Shown: positions 49,099 through 62,222 of the stretch, piece by piece | Position numbering within the stretch: position 1 is the stretch's first letter | Layout of the letters: each line of letters starts with the position of its first letter | The notes under the pieces: generated by a model | What the model saw: only the letters and a program-made list of their open reading frames with translations | Databases searched by the model: none | Told to the model about the DNA's origin: nothing | DNA from: Eledone cirrhosa | Taxonomy: Eukaryota | DNA length: 64,000 bases | Assembly (NCBI GenBank): GCA_964016885.1 | Contig: OZ024753.1 | Coordinates: 13,888,001-13,952,000, forward strand | Reading direction: 5' to 3' | Translations under genes and position numbers: made by a program

Positions 49099-49480
49099 CA
49101 TATATACATAAAGCGATGTACACACACACGTGTATGTATAGAAAAATCTAGACTAAAGTTTAACGTTTTGCATACCTTTAATATCTGATCAGACAGAGTT
49201 ATGTCCCTTGACAAGAATTGTGTGTGCGTATGTGTGTGGACGGGGTTTCCTTGACATAAGGAACAAAGATACAACTAGTTGCGTCCCTTGTTTTAACAAA
49301 ATCGTAAGCGATAATAACATTACAAATGGAACATCAGTGATTTAGACACGAAGAAACTTTTGAAAAGCTGTTTTAGGCGAAACCGGTCAAGTACAAAAGT
49401 TTAAATCTATTCTTTTTGATGTAAAGAAAAGTATTTTCGTTGTTTACCAACACATTACATGCTTTTTTCAAACCTTTATT

Positions 49481-49516
<36 letters not shown>

Positions 49517-51621
49517 TAGTAAAAGAGGCTATCATTGTTAGGCACACCTTTCGCCACAATAAATAAAGACCGACTCTCTCCTCAACATGGACGTCTTTAA
49601 ATAGCCCCAGAACTCTGCTATTTTAGAGAAAAGAGCGATTTAAACTACATGTTGACATGCTCCGGGAGCTAAATAACATATGTATCAAATTTGAACAAAA
49701 TCGAATGAAAACTGTGGAAATGCATCGCCTGCATACAGACATTTTCATATATATAATTGTTTCTACTTTTGGCACAAGGCCAGCAATTAACAGTACATTA
49801 CTGGTACTTTATTTGATCGACCCTGTAATGATGAATGGCAGGATATATAATGAGAGTAAGTTAAACAATTTTTCACTTTTTTTATTGTTTTGTTTTGATA
49901 TGCGTTCTAATTCCTGCTATTAATTTTATCTCTCCCTCTTTTAAGTTGTGAAATAGACTGGTTTACACACGTGACTGCCGCAATCCAGCTCGTTACTCTA
50001 TATCGCTGTATAATAGTCACAGGCATTTAATGTCCATTAAAGGTTCTTGGCACTACCATTGTTACTATCGCTTTCCTCTAGCCATGGGACTTGAAGACAT
50101 GAGCCGAATGCTTCTATACACACCCGTTTTACGTGTGTTGTATTGAAGCGAATAACTATGTGTATACTCTGGGAATGTATGCTACATTACCTATTGAGTA
50201 CGCTGAGATACAACCGGCCCTGGCATTGATAAATATGCAAAAAGTAAACAGAAATAACAAAGCAAACAGCACAGTACAATGAAAAAATATATTAGTTTTA
50301 TGCTTGATGTAGTAGGAAAAGAGTTTTAACATTTCAGACGCTAGTCCTTTATCAGAAAATAGAATGAGAAATTAACGAATCAGTTTCTTATTATAGTCTT
50401 CTGATAATGAGATTTTAGTCCTGAAATAGTAGGACAGGTAAATAAAATAACAGGTGAGACAACCTCCTTACTCGCCACCATAGGAGCTGAGCTGGCCAGC
50501 CGCAGGTGTGTGCCCCGCGAGTTGGAGTGGCTTTTCCAACGCGTCTCCCCTGCCGTCCTCCAGGAAAACGCCTTCTGCATTCTGTCCGCTGGGGCTGTGG
50601 GTGGGCCCCATCGCGTATCATTTTTGTAAATATGACAACAGATCATTTGAGTAAAAGCGATCGAACGGAAAACGACACCTTCGTTGTCTTTAGTTTATTC
50701 CACTTTGTGTTGTAGCTTTTGAATAACATATTACTTTACACACTAACACAGTATTTCATACAAACTACAACGCACGTGCACTCACACACACCCACAAACA
50801 CACGTGCACACACACACACTCACAAACACACGTGCACACACACACTCACAAACACACGTGCACACACACTCACAAACACACATACACACACATGCACATA
50901 CACACGTGCACACACACAAACTCACAAACACACGTGCACACGCATACACACACGCACGCTCAAACACACACACACACACACACACACTCACAAACATACG
51001 TGCACACATACACACACACACACACACAGCCAGATCGAACCTTGAGCTGATCAGTAGCGAAACGCGCGTCACCAACAAATAAATTAATGAAGGCGTACCC
51101 ATTCGTTCTTGTATTATTATATAGAAAGTGGGACACGGTAAAAAGGCTCCCAGTCCACACGGTAAATGTGGTTGGTGTTAGGAAGGGCATCCAGCCGTAG
51201 AAAACCAACCAATTCCTCATCATATGGAACAAAACCGTCTAACCCATGCTAGCATGGAAGATGGACATTAAACGATGAGGATGATGATGATGATGATTAG
51301 ATATTAATTTAACAATGAAAACAATAACAAAGTTATTTTACTTTTGTATATCATTGTTTTACAATCGTTTAGGAGTGTTGATCATATTGACATATTGTCT
51401 GATCCTATCACTGTATACTATCAGACATCATATATGGTTTGATTAAACCATCTTCTTCAGAAACAAATTGTTATTGTTTTCATTGTTAAATTAATATCTA
51501 ATATTTGACTCTGTATCTAAGGAATTAACTCAGCGGAACACGGAACATTTCTATGGATTTCACTGGATTACTCCCCATAAGATTACATTGAGTTCTATCT
51601 ACGGTACGGACCCTACTGAAA

Positions 51622-51703
<82 letters not shown>

Positions 51704-53047
51704 AAATGAAGTAATTCCGTCGGAAAAGTCCAGGAAAAAAGAGTGCTCTATGTAGGTAACAGAGCTTAATAGTTATGTAATAAACATAATTGCCTTATGT
51801 TGTTTATTACATAACTATATATATATACATACATATATACATAAAGCGATGTACACACACACGTGTATGTACAGAAAAATCTAGACTAAAGTTTAACGTT
51901 TTGCATACCTTTAATATCTGATCAGACAGAGTTACGTCCCTTGACAAGAATTGTGTGTGTGTGTGTGTGTGTATGTGTGTGGACGGGGTTTCCTTGACAT
52001 AAGGAACAAAGATACAACTAGTTGCGTCCCTTGTTTTAACAAAATCGTAAGCGATAATAACATTACAAATGGAACATCAGTGATTTAGACACGAAGAAAC
52101 TTTTGAAAAGCTGTTTTAGGCGAAACCGGTCAAGTACAAAAGTTTAAATCTATTCTTTTTGATGTAAAGAAAAGTATTTTCGTTGTTTACCAACACATTA
52201 CATGCTTTTTTCAAACCTTTATTTTTCATATATATATATATATATACTAGTAAAAGAGGCTATCATTGTTAGGCACACCTTTCGCCACAATAAATAAAGA
52301 CCGACTCTCTCCTCAACATGGACGTCTTTAAATAGCCCCAGAACTCTGCTATTTTAGGGAAAAGAACGATTTAAACTACATGTTGACATGCTCCGGGAGC
52401 TAAATAACATATGTATCAAATTTGAACAAAATCGAATGAAAACTGTGGAAATGCATCGCCTGCATACAGACATTTTCGTACCCATTCGTACCCATTCGTT
52501 CTTGTATTATTATATAGAAAGTGGGACACGGTAAAAAGGCTCCCAGTCCACACGGTAAATGTGGTTGGTGTTAGGAAGGGCATCCAGCCGTAGAAAACCA
52601 ACCAATTCCTCATCATATGGAACAAAACCGTCTAACCCATGCTAGCATGGAAGATGGACATTAAACGATGAGGATGATGATGATGATGATGATTAGATAT
52701 TAATTTAACAATGAAAACAATAACAAAGTTATTTTACTTTTGTATATCATTGTTTTACGATCGTTTAGGAGTGTTGATCATATTGACATATTGTCTGATC
52801 CTATCACTGTATACTATCAGACATCATATATAGGTTTGATCAAACCATCTTCTTCAGAAACAAATTGTTATTGTTTTCATTGTTAAATTAATATCTAATA
52901 TTTGACTCTGTATCTAAGGAACTAACTCAGCGGAACACGGAATATTTCTATGGATTTCACTGGATTACTCCCCATAAGATTACATTGAGTTCTATCTACG
53001 GTACGGACCCTACTGAAAAATAATATATATATATATATATATATATA
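48910..53047. repeat. Local duplication of ~1.4 kb (A-x-B-A'-B')
   Basis: 48940-49745 matches 51690-52477, and 51095-51630 matches 52487-53030, with few substitutions. Confidence 0.85.
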
Positions 53048-53417
53048 CAGTATACACCCGGCATTCGCGGTCCCGACTTTTGCGAAATTTTTCGATGGAA
53101 CCTAACTAATATTTGTTCGTGGAAACCACTGTGTATTCGCGGAATCGTAAATATCTTCCATAATTTTTTTATGGCTTCATCTGTGGCAATATATATATAT
53201 TTTTAACACTAAATTATTAATAACAATATACTGTATTTGCCGGCCTATTGGACGCCCCTTCATATAAGTTGGTCCCTCTTTTTTTAAAATTATATTTTAC
53301 ATTATATTTTGACATTTATAGGCATTTTTATGGACCACATCTAATATTCGCGGTTTTTCACTCTTCGCATGTGCTCCAGGAACGCAACCGCTGTGAATAC
53401 CGGCGTGGGGGGACAAC

Positions 53418-53419
<2 letters not shown>
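53048..53419. mobile_element. Tigger/pogo-like MITE
   Basis: CAGTATACACCCGGCATTCGCGG ... CCGCTGTGAATACCGGCGTGGGGGACAACTG imperfect TIRs within (TA)n. Confidence 0.5.
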
Positions 53420-53475
<56 letters not shown>

Positions 53476-53686
53476 GATAGGGGGGAAGAAAAAATGGCTT
53501 CACTTGTGCTTTCAACAAATTTATTTTCTTCACAAAATCCAAAAAGAATTTTTCTTAAAAAAATTATTTTATAAATTAAGTTGTTGGTTGTTGGTTAGGT
53601 CTTAGGAGTTCTTGGTTAACGTAGGAGGTATTGTTTCGTTTTTAGAAAGACCTTTCACGCTGAGGTGCGCTTGTCAAACTCATATA

Positions 53687-53719
<33 letters not shown>

Positions 53720-53819
53720 CTAGGGAGTGTAACTTGGAGTTACTGCAGGTTCACCCGGGTGAGCACTCGATGTTTAGGTTCACTTCTGTGTTGAGGTGTA
53801 GAGCTATACAGAGTGTAAT

Positions 53820-54118
53820 ATATTGAAAGGATAACAGGGACGATTTGTTACTCCTTCATTACATTTATTGGTAGGTGACGCACGTATCGCCACTGATCAG
53901 CTCAAGGTTCGATCTGTATCGATCTTACCCGACTCTATAATCGGCAGCTCGACGGACTCTTTAAAATGCTAGTAGAATGTTAAAGGGTCCGTCGAGCTGC
54001 CGATTATAGAGTCGGGTAAGATCGATACAGATCGAACCTTGAGCTGATCAGTGGCGAAACGCGCGTCACCTACCAATAAATGTAATGAATGAGTAACCAA
54101 TCGTCCTTGCTATCCTTT

Positions 54119-54124
<6 letters not shown>
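53820..54124. mobile_element. ~300-bp fold-back with Penelope-like 3' signature
   Basis: Arms of ~145 bp around a loop at ~53965-53978; cGAAAcgcgcgTCacc..aataaa. Related single copies at ~26110-26180 and 51031-51092. Confidence 0.6.
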
Positions 54125-54177
<53 letters not shown>

Positions 54178-54569
54178 TTCTTTCATATAAGACAACAATC
54201 ATGTGACATCCCCCAGGCGGTGGTGGTGGGATTAGGGTGCATGAGGTTAACACTCTCAGGTGGGCAGAGATATGGGTTTTAACTCAGTAAGCTGTTGATG
54301 ACCACACCCCACTCAGGTATAGGGCTACATTGAATTGGCTGACACCTGTGTATAGCCAATTTAGGGACACCCACTCCTGGCGTGGTTTGGCTGACTATCA
54401 TGTGGGGGCGCTGTTGGAGGTGGCCACAGATCTTGGGTACACAAGAGATGTAGTGGAATAGCAGGGCAAACTAACAGGTAGGAAAAACTATATATGCAGT
54501 AGGTGTTCAGGGAAAGTTGACAGTAGAAGTCGCAGTGATAAACACATTTTCAAATGCAGGCAGGATCTA

Positions 54570-55876
54570 TAGATGTGGTCGATAGTTTCCAATACCTCAG
54601 GGATCAGATTAGCATGGGAGGAGGACAGGATGGAAGAAGTTTAGGGAGCTGCTTCCTCTGCTGACAAACAAGGGTTTCTCCTTACGAACGAAAGGCCGGT
54701 TATATGACGCGTGTGTGAGATGCGCGATGCTGCATGGTAGTGAGACATGGGCAGCAACTGCGAGGGGTATGCGACGGCTGGAGAGAAATGAAGCAAGCAT
54801 GCTCCGTTGGATGTGCAATGTCAATGTGCGTGAAAGACCAAGCATAGATGAGTTGAGAGAGAAACTGTGTATAAGAGGGATAAGTTGTAGTGTACAGGAG
54901 AGAAGACTGCGTTGGTATGGACATGTGATGGGCATGGAGGATGACCCCTGAGTAAAGAAGTGCCAAGAAATCCCAGTAGAAGGATGGAAGAAGTTTAGGG
55001 AGCTGCTTCCTCTGCTGACAAACAAGGGTTTCTCCTTACGAACGAAAGGCCGGTTATATGATGCCTGTGTGAGATGCGCGATGCTGCATGGGAGTGAGAC
55101 ATGGGAAGCAGCTGCGTGGGGTATGCGACGGCTGGAGAGAAATGAAGCAAGCGTGCTCCATTGGATGTGCAATGTCAATGTGCGTGAAAGACCAAGCATA
55201 GATGAGTTGAGAGAGAAACTGTGTATAAGAGGGATAAGTTGTAGTGTACAGGAGAGAAGACTGCGTTGGTATGGACATGTGATGTGGATGGAGGATGACC
55301 GCTGGGTAAAGAAGTGCCAAGAAATCCCAGTAGAAGGATGGAAGAAGTTTAGGGAACTGCTTCCTCTGCTGACAAACAAGGGTTTCTCCTTACGAACGAA
55401 AGGCCGGTTATATGATGCCTGTGTGAGATGCGCGATGCTGCATGGTAGTGAGACATGGGAAGCAGCTGCGGGGGGTATGCGACGGCTGGAGAGAAATGAA
55501 GCAAGCATGCTCCGTTGGATGTGCAATGTCAATGTGCGTGAAAGACCAAGCATAGATGAGTTGAGAGAGAAACTGTGTATAAGAGGGATAAGTTGTAGTG
55601 TACAGGAGAGAAGACTGCGTTGGTATGGACATGTGATGGGCATGGAGGATGACCCCTGAGTAAAGAAGTGCCAAGAAATCCCAGTAGAAGGAAGACGTAG
55701 TAGAGGAAGACCACGAAAAAGATGGGCGGAGGTGGTGGGAGCAGACATCAGATCGCTGAATCTCACGGAGGAGATGACAAAAGACTGATGAATGGAGAGA
55801 TGCTGTGCTAAATAGGACCCGTCCCACCCTTGCAAGCAGGGAAAAGTGGACGTAAAATGATGATGATGATGATGAT
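54570..55876 (+). mobile_element. RTE LINE (third family) 3' end with a 354-bp internal triplication
   Basis: GWKKFRELLPLL...RRLRWYGHV..KKCQEIPVE three times, then GRPRKRW and a (GAT)n tail. Confidence 0.9.
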
Positions 55877-56052
55877 AGATATACATAGCATATATGAAAA
55901 CATACATGCACACAGGCATGTATGTTTGCACACATCTGTACATATATGAATGCGCATGTGTGTGTGTGTTTATATATATATAAAATATAGAGGTTTACAT
56001 ATACATAAACTAGACAGAGCTATATATATATATATATATATACATACACAGG

Positions 56053-56141
<89 letters not shown>

Positions 56142-56199
56142 TTTTGGCAACCATTCACGGTGTGGCTCAATGACGAAATAATTAATTGTGTGTGTGTGT

Positions 56200-56560
56200 G
56201 TATAAAAATATATATATATACACAGAGACATGAATGTCTATAAAAACATATACATACACACACACGCATATCAATGAGTGTCTATAAAAACATATACATA
56301 CACACACAGGCATATGAATGAGTGTCTATAAAAAACATTCGTACACACATACAGAGAGAGAGAGAGAAAGAGTGTGTGTGTGAGAGTGTGTGTGAGAGAG
56401 AGAGGTCTGAATGAGTGTATAAAAACATATACACACACACATATACACTCATACAGAGAGAGAGAGTGTGTGTGTGAGAGTGTGTGAGAGAGAGAGGTCT
56501 GAATGTGTGTATAAAAACATATACACACACACATATACACTCATACAGAGAGAGAGAGAT

Positions 56561-56596
<36 letters not shown>

Positions 56597-56805
56597 GTCT
56601 GAATGAGTGTATAAAAACATATACACACACACATATACACTCATACAGAGAGAGAGAGAGAGTGTGTGTGTGTGTGAGAGAGAGAGAGGTCTGAATGTGT
56701 GTATAAAAACATATACACACACACATATACACGCATACAGAGAGAGACAGAGAGAGAGACGGAGAGAGAGAGAGTGAGACGGAGAGAGAAAGAGAGGTCT
56801 GAATG
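56200..56805. repeat. Compound (CA)/(GA)/(GT) minisatellite
   Basis: Repeated ggtctgaatgagtgtataaaaacatatacac.. units. Confidence 0.8.
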
Positions 56806-57099
56806 AGTTCGTATCATTCCCACAACGAATGTCATTACATTACGTGATCGTGATCTGTTATCTCACCATTGTCACCAAACTTTATCTAAGAGAGTTAAGA
56901 GGCAGCTAAAATACTTGACATGGTCAGATGGTAACTAGTATTTCATCAAATGTAACACATGAACAACAACAACAGTCATGTTTTTGTCACCACCTTTCCA
57001 TGTTTGCCGGGGTCAGAATATAAGGACGAGGGAAAGAAGAGAGCTGACACTTAGCCCTGTCCCCCCTCACACCTACCCTTCTTACCACTTGCCAGATTG

Positions 57100-57385
57100 T
57101 ATCAACCCCACCCCTTCCTCACTCATCTCCTCCACCCCTCCCTCACTCATCTCCTCTACACCCCTTCCTCACTCCTCTCCTCCACCCCTTCCTCATTCAC
57201 CACCCTCCTTCCTCACTCATCTCCTCCCCACTCCGTCCTCACTCATCTCCTCCACCCCTTCCTCACTCATCTTCTCCACCCCTTCCTCACTCATCTTCTC
57301 CACCCCTTCCTCACTCATCTTCTCCACCCCTTCCTCACTCATCTCGTCCACCCCTTCATTCATCTCCTCCACCCCCTCCCTACCC
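57100..57385. repeat. ~24-bp pyrimidine-rich minisatellite
   Basis: tcctcactcatctyctccacccct repeats. Confidence 0.8.
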
Positions 57386-57639
57386 ATCCAACGCTTTCTA
57401 GTGTGGAAAGACACACTACCTCCCAACTACCCCAGCCCAATCTATACCATCACTGTCAAATAAATGCCTCTAAATTTTTTAGTACTTGCACAATTAGACA
57501 ATGTCTTTCGCCCCTTTATGATCTGAGTTCAAATCCCGCCGAGGTTAACTTTGCCTTTTATCCTTACGGGGTCGATAAAATAAAGTACCAGTAATGTACT
57601 GGGTAATTGCTGGCCTTGTGCCAAAGTAGAAACAATTAT

Positions 57640-58250
57640 TAACCATCTTGCCAACAACAACCCTGAGTACCTTTTTGATTTCCATGTGTCTAACATCCGA
57701 GGACATTCCTACAAAGTCGACATTCGGAAACAATTTTTCATGCTCAGAATTGCTGAAGCATGGAACAAACTACCTGCATCAGTTGTTAGCTGTCGAGACA
57801 CTGCATCCTTTAAAACCTCCATGGAACAAACTCCCTGCATCAGTTGTTAGCTGCCGAGACACTGCATCCTTTAAAACCTCCATGGAACAAACTACCTGCA
57901 TCAGTTGTTAGCTGTCGAGACACTGCATCCTTTAAAACCTCCATGGAACAAACTCCCTGCATTAGTTGTTAGTTGCCAAGACACTGCACCCTTTAAAACC
58001 TCCATGGAACAAACTCCCTGCATCAGTTGTTAGCTGCCGAGACACTGCATCCCTTAAAACCTCCACGCTTCCTGAAATTCGCCAACACTACACCTGATAT
58101 CCCCCCTCCATACACACGCACACATGTATATCATGACTCATACGACTCATACACTGTTCACTTTGCTGACTATGTACTATACATGCACCTTTGATGAGTT
58201 GTAGTGCACCTGAGCACTGTACACAATAATTTCATTATGTTTATTATTAT
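57640..58250 (+). mobile_element. CR1-type 3' end with the same 61-bp array (~5 copies)
   Basis: Same unit and boundaries as 19970-20640. Confidence 0.8.
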
Positions 58251-59249
58251 TACAAATATAGCAACAAAAGGTTTTAATGGGGGTGTGTAGATCGGGGTGT
58301 ATCTGACCTTTGATAGCTATGGTGAAATGCTTCACACGTTTCTGTCTTATTTGGCCTCCTCAGTGAAGCACACTCAACAGAAAGCTCTGTGGTTCTAGAA
58401 GAGTTTATAGTTTTTGTGTAAAGATTCTTTGTTTGAAATGTTTCTCTGAGAAGTCATTGTTGTTGCTGCTTGTGTTGTTGATGTTGGTGTTGGAGATGGA
58501 GGGTGCTTAGTCCAATGTCAACTTTGAACAACTCTGACATGCTGTGTCTGATGAAGATTATTTCTGCTGCTATTTCTAGCTAATCCAACGACCAGTTAGT
58601 CTTCCCCTGTCCTTCGATCGTTATCTTTTAAGATATGAAAAAAAATAAAAAACCCAAAGCTAACACAAACAATGATACAGATAAAGGAATATGGAACTAA
58701 TTTCGATATTTAAATGATAAAGAAAGCTGAATGACAATTGTTTTGTTTTTTTCTTTTGTTAAATGGTGAGATATTAACCTGAAATCATTGGTCAATCATG
58801 CATGTTAAGAGGTATAACGTTTTCTGTTAGTGGACTTTGAAACTGTTCTTTTAGATAAGATACATGTTACATAAAACTAGAGAATATATTTAACATACTT
58901 TTTCTCGGTGCAGGAGAAATATTCTTGAATTAACAGGAGTCAGTGCAAAATATACTAGTAAAAAAAGTTTGACACAAACCAAACTAGAAATCTTTCATTG
59001 AAATTTATTTAAAAATTTTTCATTTCAACTTTCTTTTAAACATCAGAAAAAAAAGGTAAAAATAGTTCTGGTTGTTTCTTCTTCCCAGAATTTTACGTTC
59101 TTTTTTTTTTTGTCTGAATGAACTCAATTGTTCGTCCAAACCAAATTATTTTACGGAAGAGTAGAAAGAAATTACTACTAAAGTATAAAGAATTGGAGAA
59201 TAACTTTTGAAAGAGAAGGTAAAATAAAAAAAACGGAGGAAAAAGAAAA

Positions 59250-59951
59250 ATGGCAAAGGTTCTAATAACATTATTTCATTTGCTTTGTCTCCTCATAACT
59301 GGATTTGGTTTCTATTACGATACGTTTGTTGTTACTTACGGCTGGTCTGTCTATGCTGGTAAGCTACGTTATGTTACCTACTGGGATATTGTCTTACAAA
59401 CCGTTTATTTTGGAACGGCTTTCATTTCTGATGTCTTCAGTAACAAGGAATTCAACTCAAACACCGCTTTTTCCAACGATCTTTACAACAAAACGAAACT
59501 GTTGCGATTGGCGAGGTATATATCTTGCGGAATGGCGTTTCCTCTTGGCAATTTCGTCTGCATTTCATTCTGGTGTATCTATTTCTTCAATCGTCAACTA
59601 ATATACCCAACTTACTTAGATGACATCATCCCCTGGTGGCTCAACCATCTTCTACATACGATGCCAGTGGTGCTTCAGTGGTTGGACAAATTCTTCCATT
59701 ACCAAACTTATCCTAAGAACGGAATCTTGGGAATTCTGGCTTTAACGACTTGCTATCAAATGTGGATGGTATGGATTGCTCTTCGTACTAGAACCTGGAT
59801 TTATCCATTTCTCGACTATCTGCCAATATGGTACCGAATATTATTCCTGGCATGTATGTGGATGTGTCTAGCAGGATTATATTTCTTAGGAGAACTCTTA
59901 CATTACGTCTTCTGGAGACGAAAATCTAGGAAAACTGTCAAATTATATTGA
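59250..59951 (+). CDS. AIG1/ADTRP (FAR-17a) family multi-pass membrane protein, intronless CDS
   Basis: AGKLRYVTYWDIVLQTVYF (conserved Thr), LIYPTYLDDIIPWWLNHLLHTMP (conserved His), WIYPFL; about six hydrophobic segments; 233 aa. Confidence 0.9.
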   Translation: MAKVLITLFHLLCLLITGFGFYYDTFVVTYGWSVYAGKLRYVTYWDIVLQTVYFGTAFISDVFSNKEFNSNTAFSNDLYNKTKLLRLARYISCGMAFPLGNFVCISFWCIYFFNRQLIYPTYLDDIIPWWLNHLLHTMPVVLQWLDKFFHYQTYPKNGILGILALTTCYQMWMVWIALRTRTWIYPFLDYLPIWYRILFLACMWMCLAGLYFLGELLHYVFWRRKSRKTVKLY

Positions 59952-59993
59952 TGCTTGTTTCATTGAACTAAGAAATACAAACAATTATATACA

Positions 59994-60024
<31 letters not shown>

Positions 60025-60159
60025 TCATTCTTTATTGCACATACATACACATATATACACACATATAGATATTTTTATAGTATTTCGGCTCTGTATTATA
60101 TTTCTTATTTCACATTGAGAAACTCTCATACTTGTAATTGGATAATATTTAATATTACC

Positions 60160-60790
<631 letters not shown>

Positions 60791-60841
60791 TTTAAAACAC
60801 ACACATACACACACCATATGCCATTATTATTGTTATAATTA

Positions 60842-61333
60842 CTAGCAGAAAAACCACCCCTCGGGTGGTTTTCTGCTAGCATGTGTAATGTATATATTGA
60901 TATTATACGCAAGTATATATACATGTAGCTATGATACATCAAATAAAATCGTAATTGACAATATATAATACACAGAAATTGAACGAAGACTGTGTTACAC
61001 TGTCTTATGTAATCAGTAACGTAATCCATGATACATTAAAAAAGACGATATTATATATAAACTGCGTTAGGAGAAAATTAGTGACGGAAATATATGAATA
61101 TTTATTTAAGCGATTGCTAACCGGAAGTGTTGACATTTGAAACTTTTGAAGAAGTGAATCTTTAAATAGGTAATAAAATAAATTTAATCAACAGCTACAA
61201 AATTTAGTAGATAAATTATGTAATATTCATTTATTATTTATTCAAAGTAATCCAACTTATTTTACTAAGGGGATACAAAATTATAAACCGTACGCAGTCC
61301 CGCACTCCTTACTTTATTATAGTTTAGTTTAGA
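60842..61333 (-). mobile_element. Non-autonomous Helitron-like element (uninterrupted copy)
   Basis: On the minus strand: TC start, 3' hairpin gctagcagaaaaccacc/ggtggttttctgctag ending CTAG; homologous to 5997-6661. Confidence 0.65.
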
Positions 61334-61821
61334 TTAACACACACACACACACACCATATGTCATTATTATTGTTATAATTTGAGGGCGGTGGATTGGCAG
61401 TATCGGTGGAGGGTCGGACGCCATGCTTTCCAGCATAGTTACGTCCCTTTACGATCTGAGTTCAAATCCTGCCGAGGTTGACTTTGCCTTTCATCCTTAC
61501 GGGGTCGATAAAATAAAGTACCAGTAATGTACTGGGTAATTGCTGGCCTTGTGCCAAAAGTAGAAACAATTATTATTGTTATAATTATTAATTTTATTAT
61601 TATTTAATATTTATCTTTTGTGTTTTCTGTTATCACACTTTTTACACAAACAACCCCACATTGTGTCATCATGTGACATCTTTAATGTTTTCTTCTTGTC
61701 AGTCCTGTGTGGTTAATAAAGAAACCATTATTATTAATAGTAGTAGTAGTAGTAGTAGTAGTATTGAGTGTGCTTTCTTTTCCTTCAGTTTTGTTTCCAT
61801 TTCTTGTCGAGTGTCTTCCTG

Positions 61822-62222
61822 TGATCCAGGGTATAGAAAATTGGTGTATATATTGATAAACCACAAATATATACACCCTGACATCTAGGGTATAGAAACT
61901 CACTGTATACATTGATAAACCACAAATATATACACTTCCTGCGATCCAGGGTATAGAAACTTGGTGTATACATTGATAAACCATAAATATATACACCGTG
62001 ACATCTAGGGTATAGAAACTCACTGTATACATTGATAAACCACAAATATATACACTTCCTGTGATCCAGGGTATAGAAATTTGCTGTATATATTGATAAA
62101 CCACAAATATATACACCCTAACATCTAGGCTATAGAAACTTGGTGTATATATTGATAAACTACAAATATATACACCCTAACATCTAGGGTATAGAAACTT
62201 GCTGTATATATTGATAAACCAC
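61822..62222. repeat. ~59-bp tandem array (~7 copies, alternating variants)
   Basis: agggtatagaaac..tgtatacattgataaaccacaaatatatacac. Confidence 0.85.
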
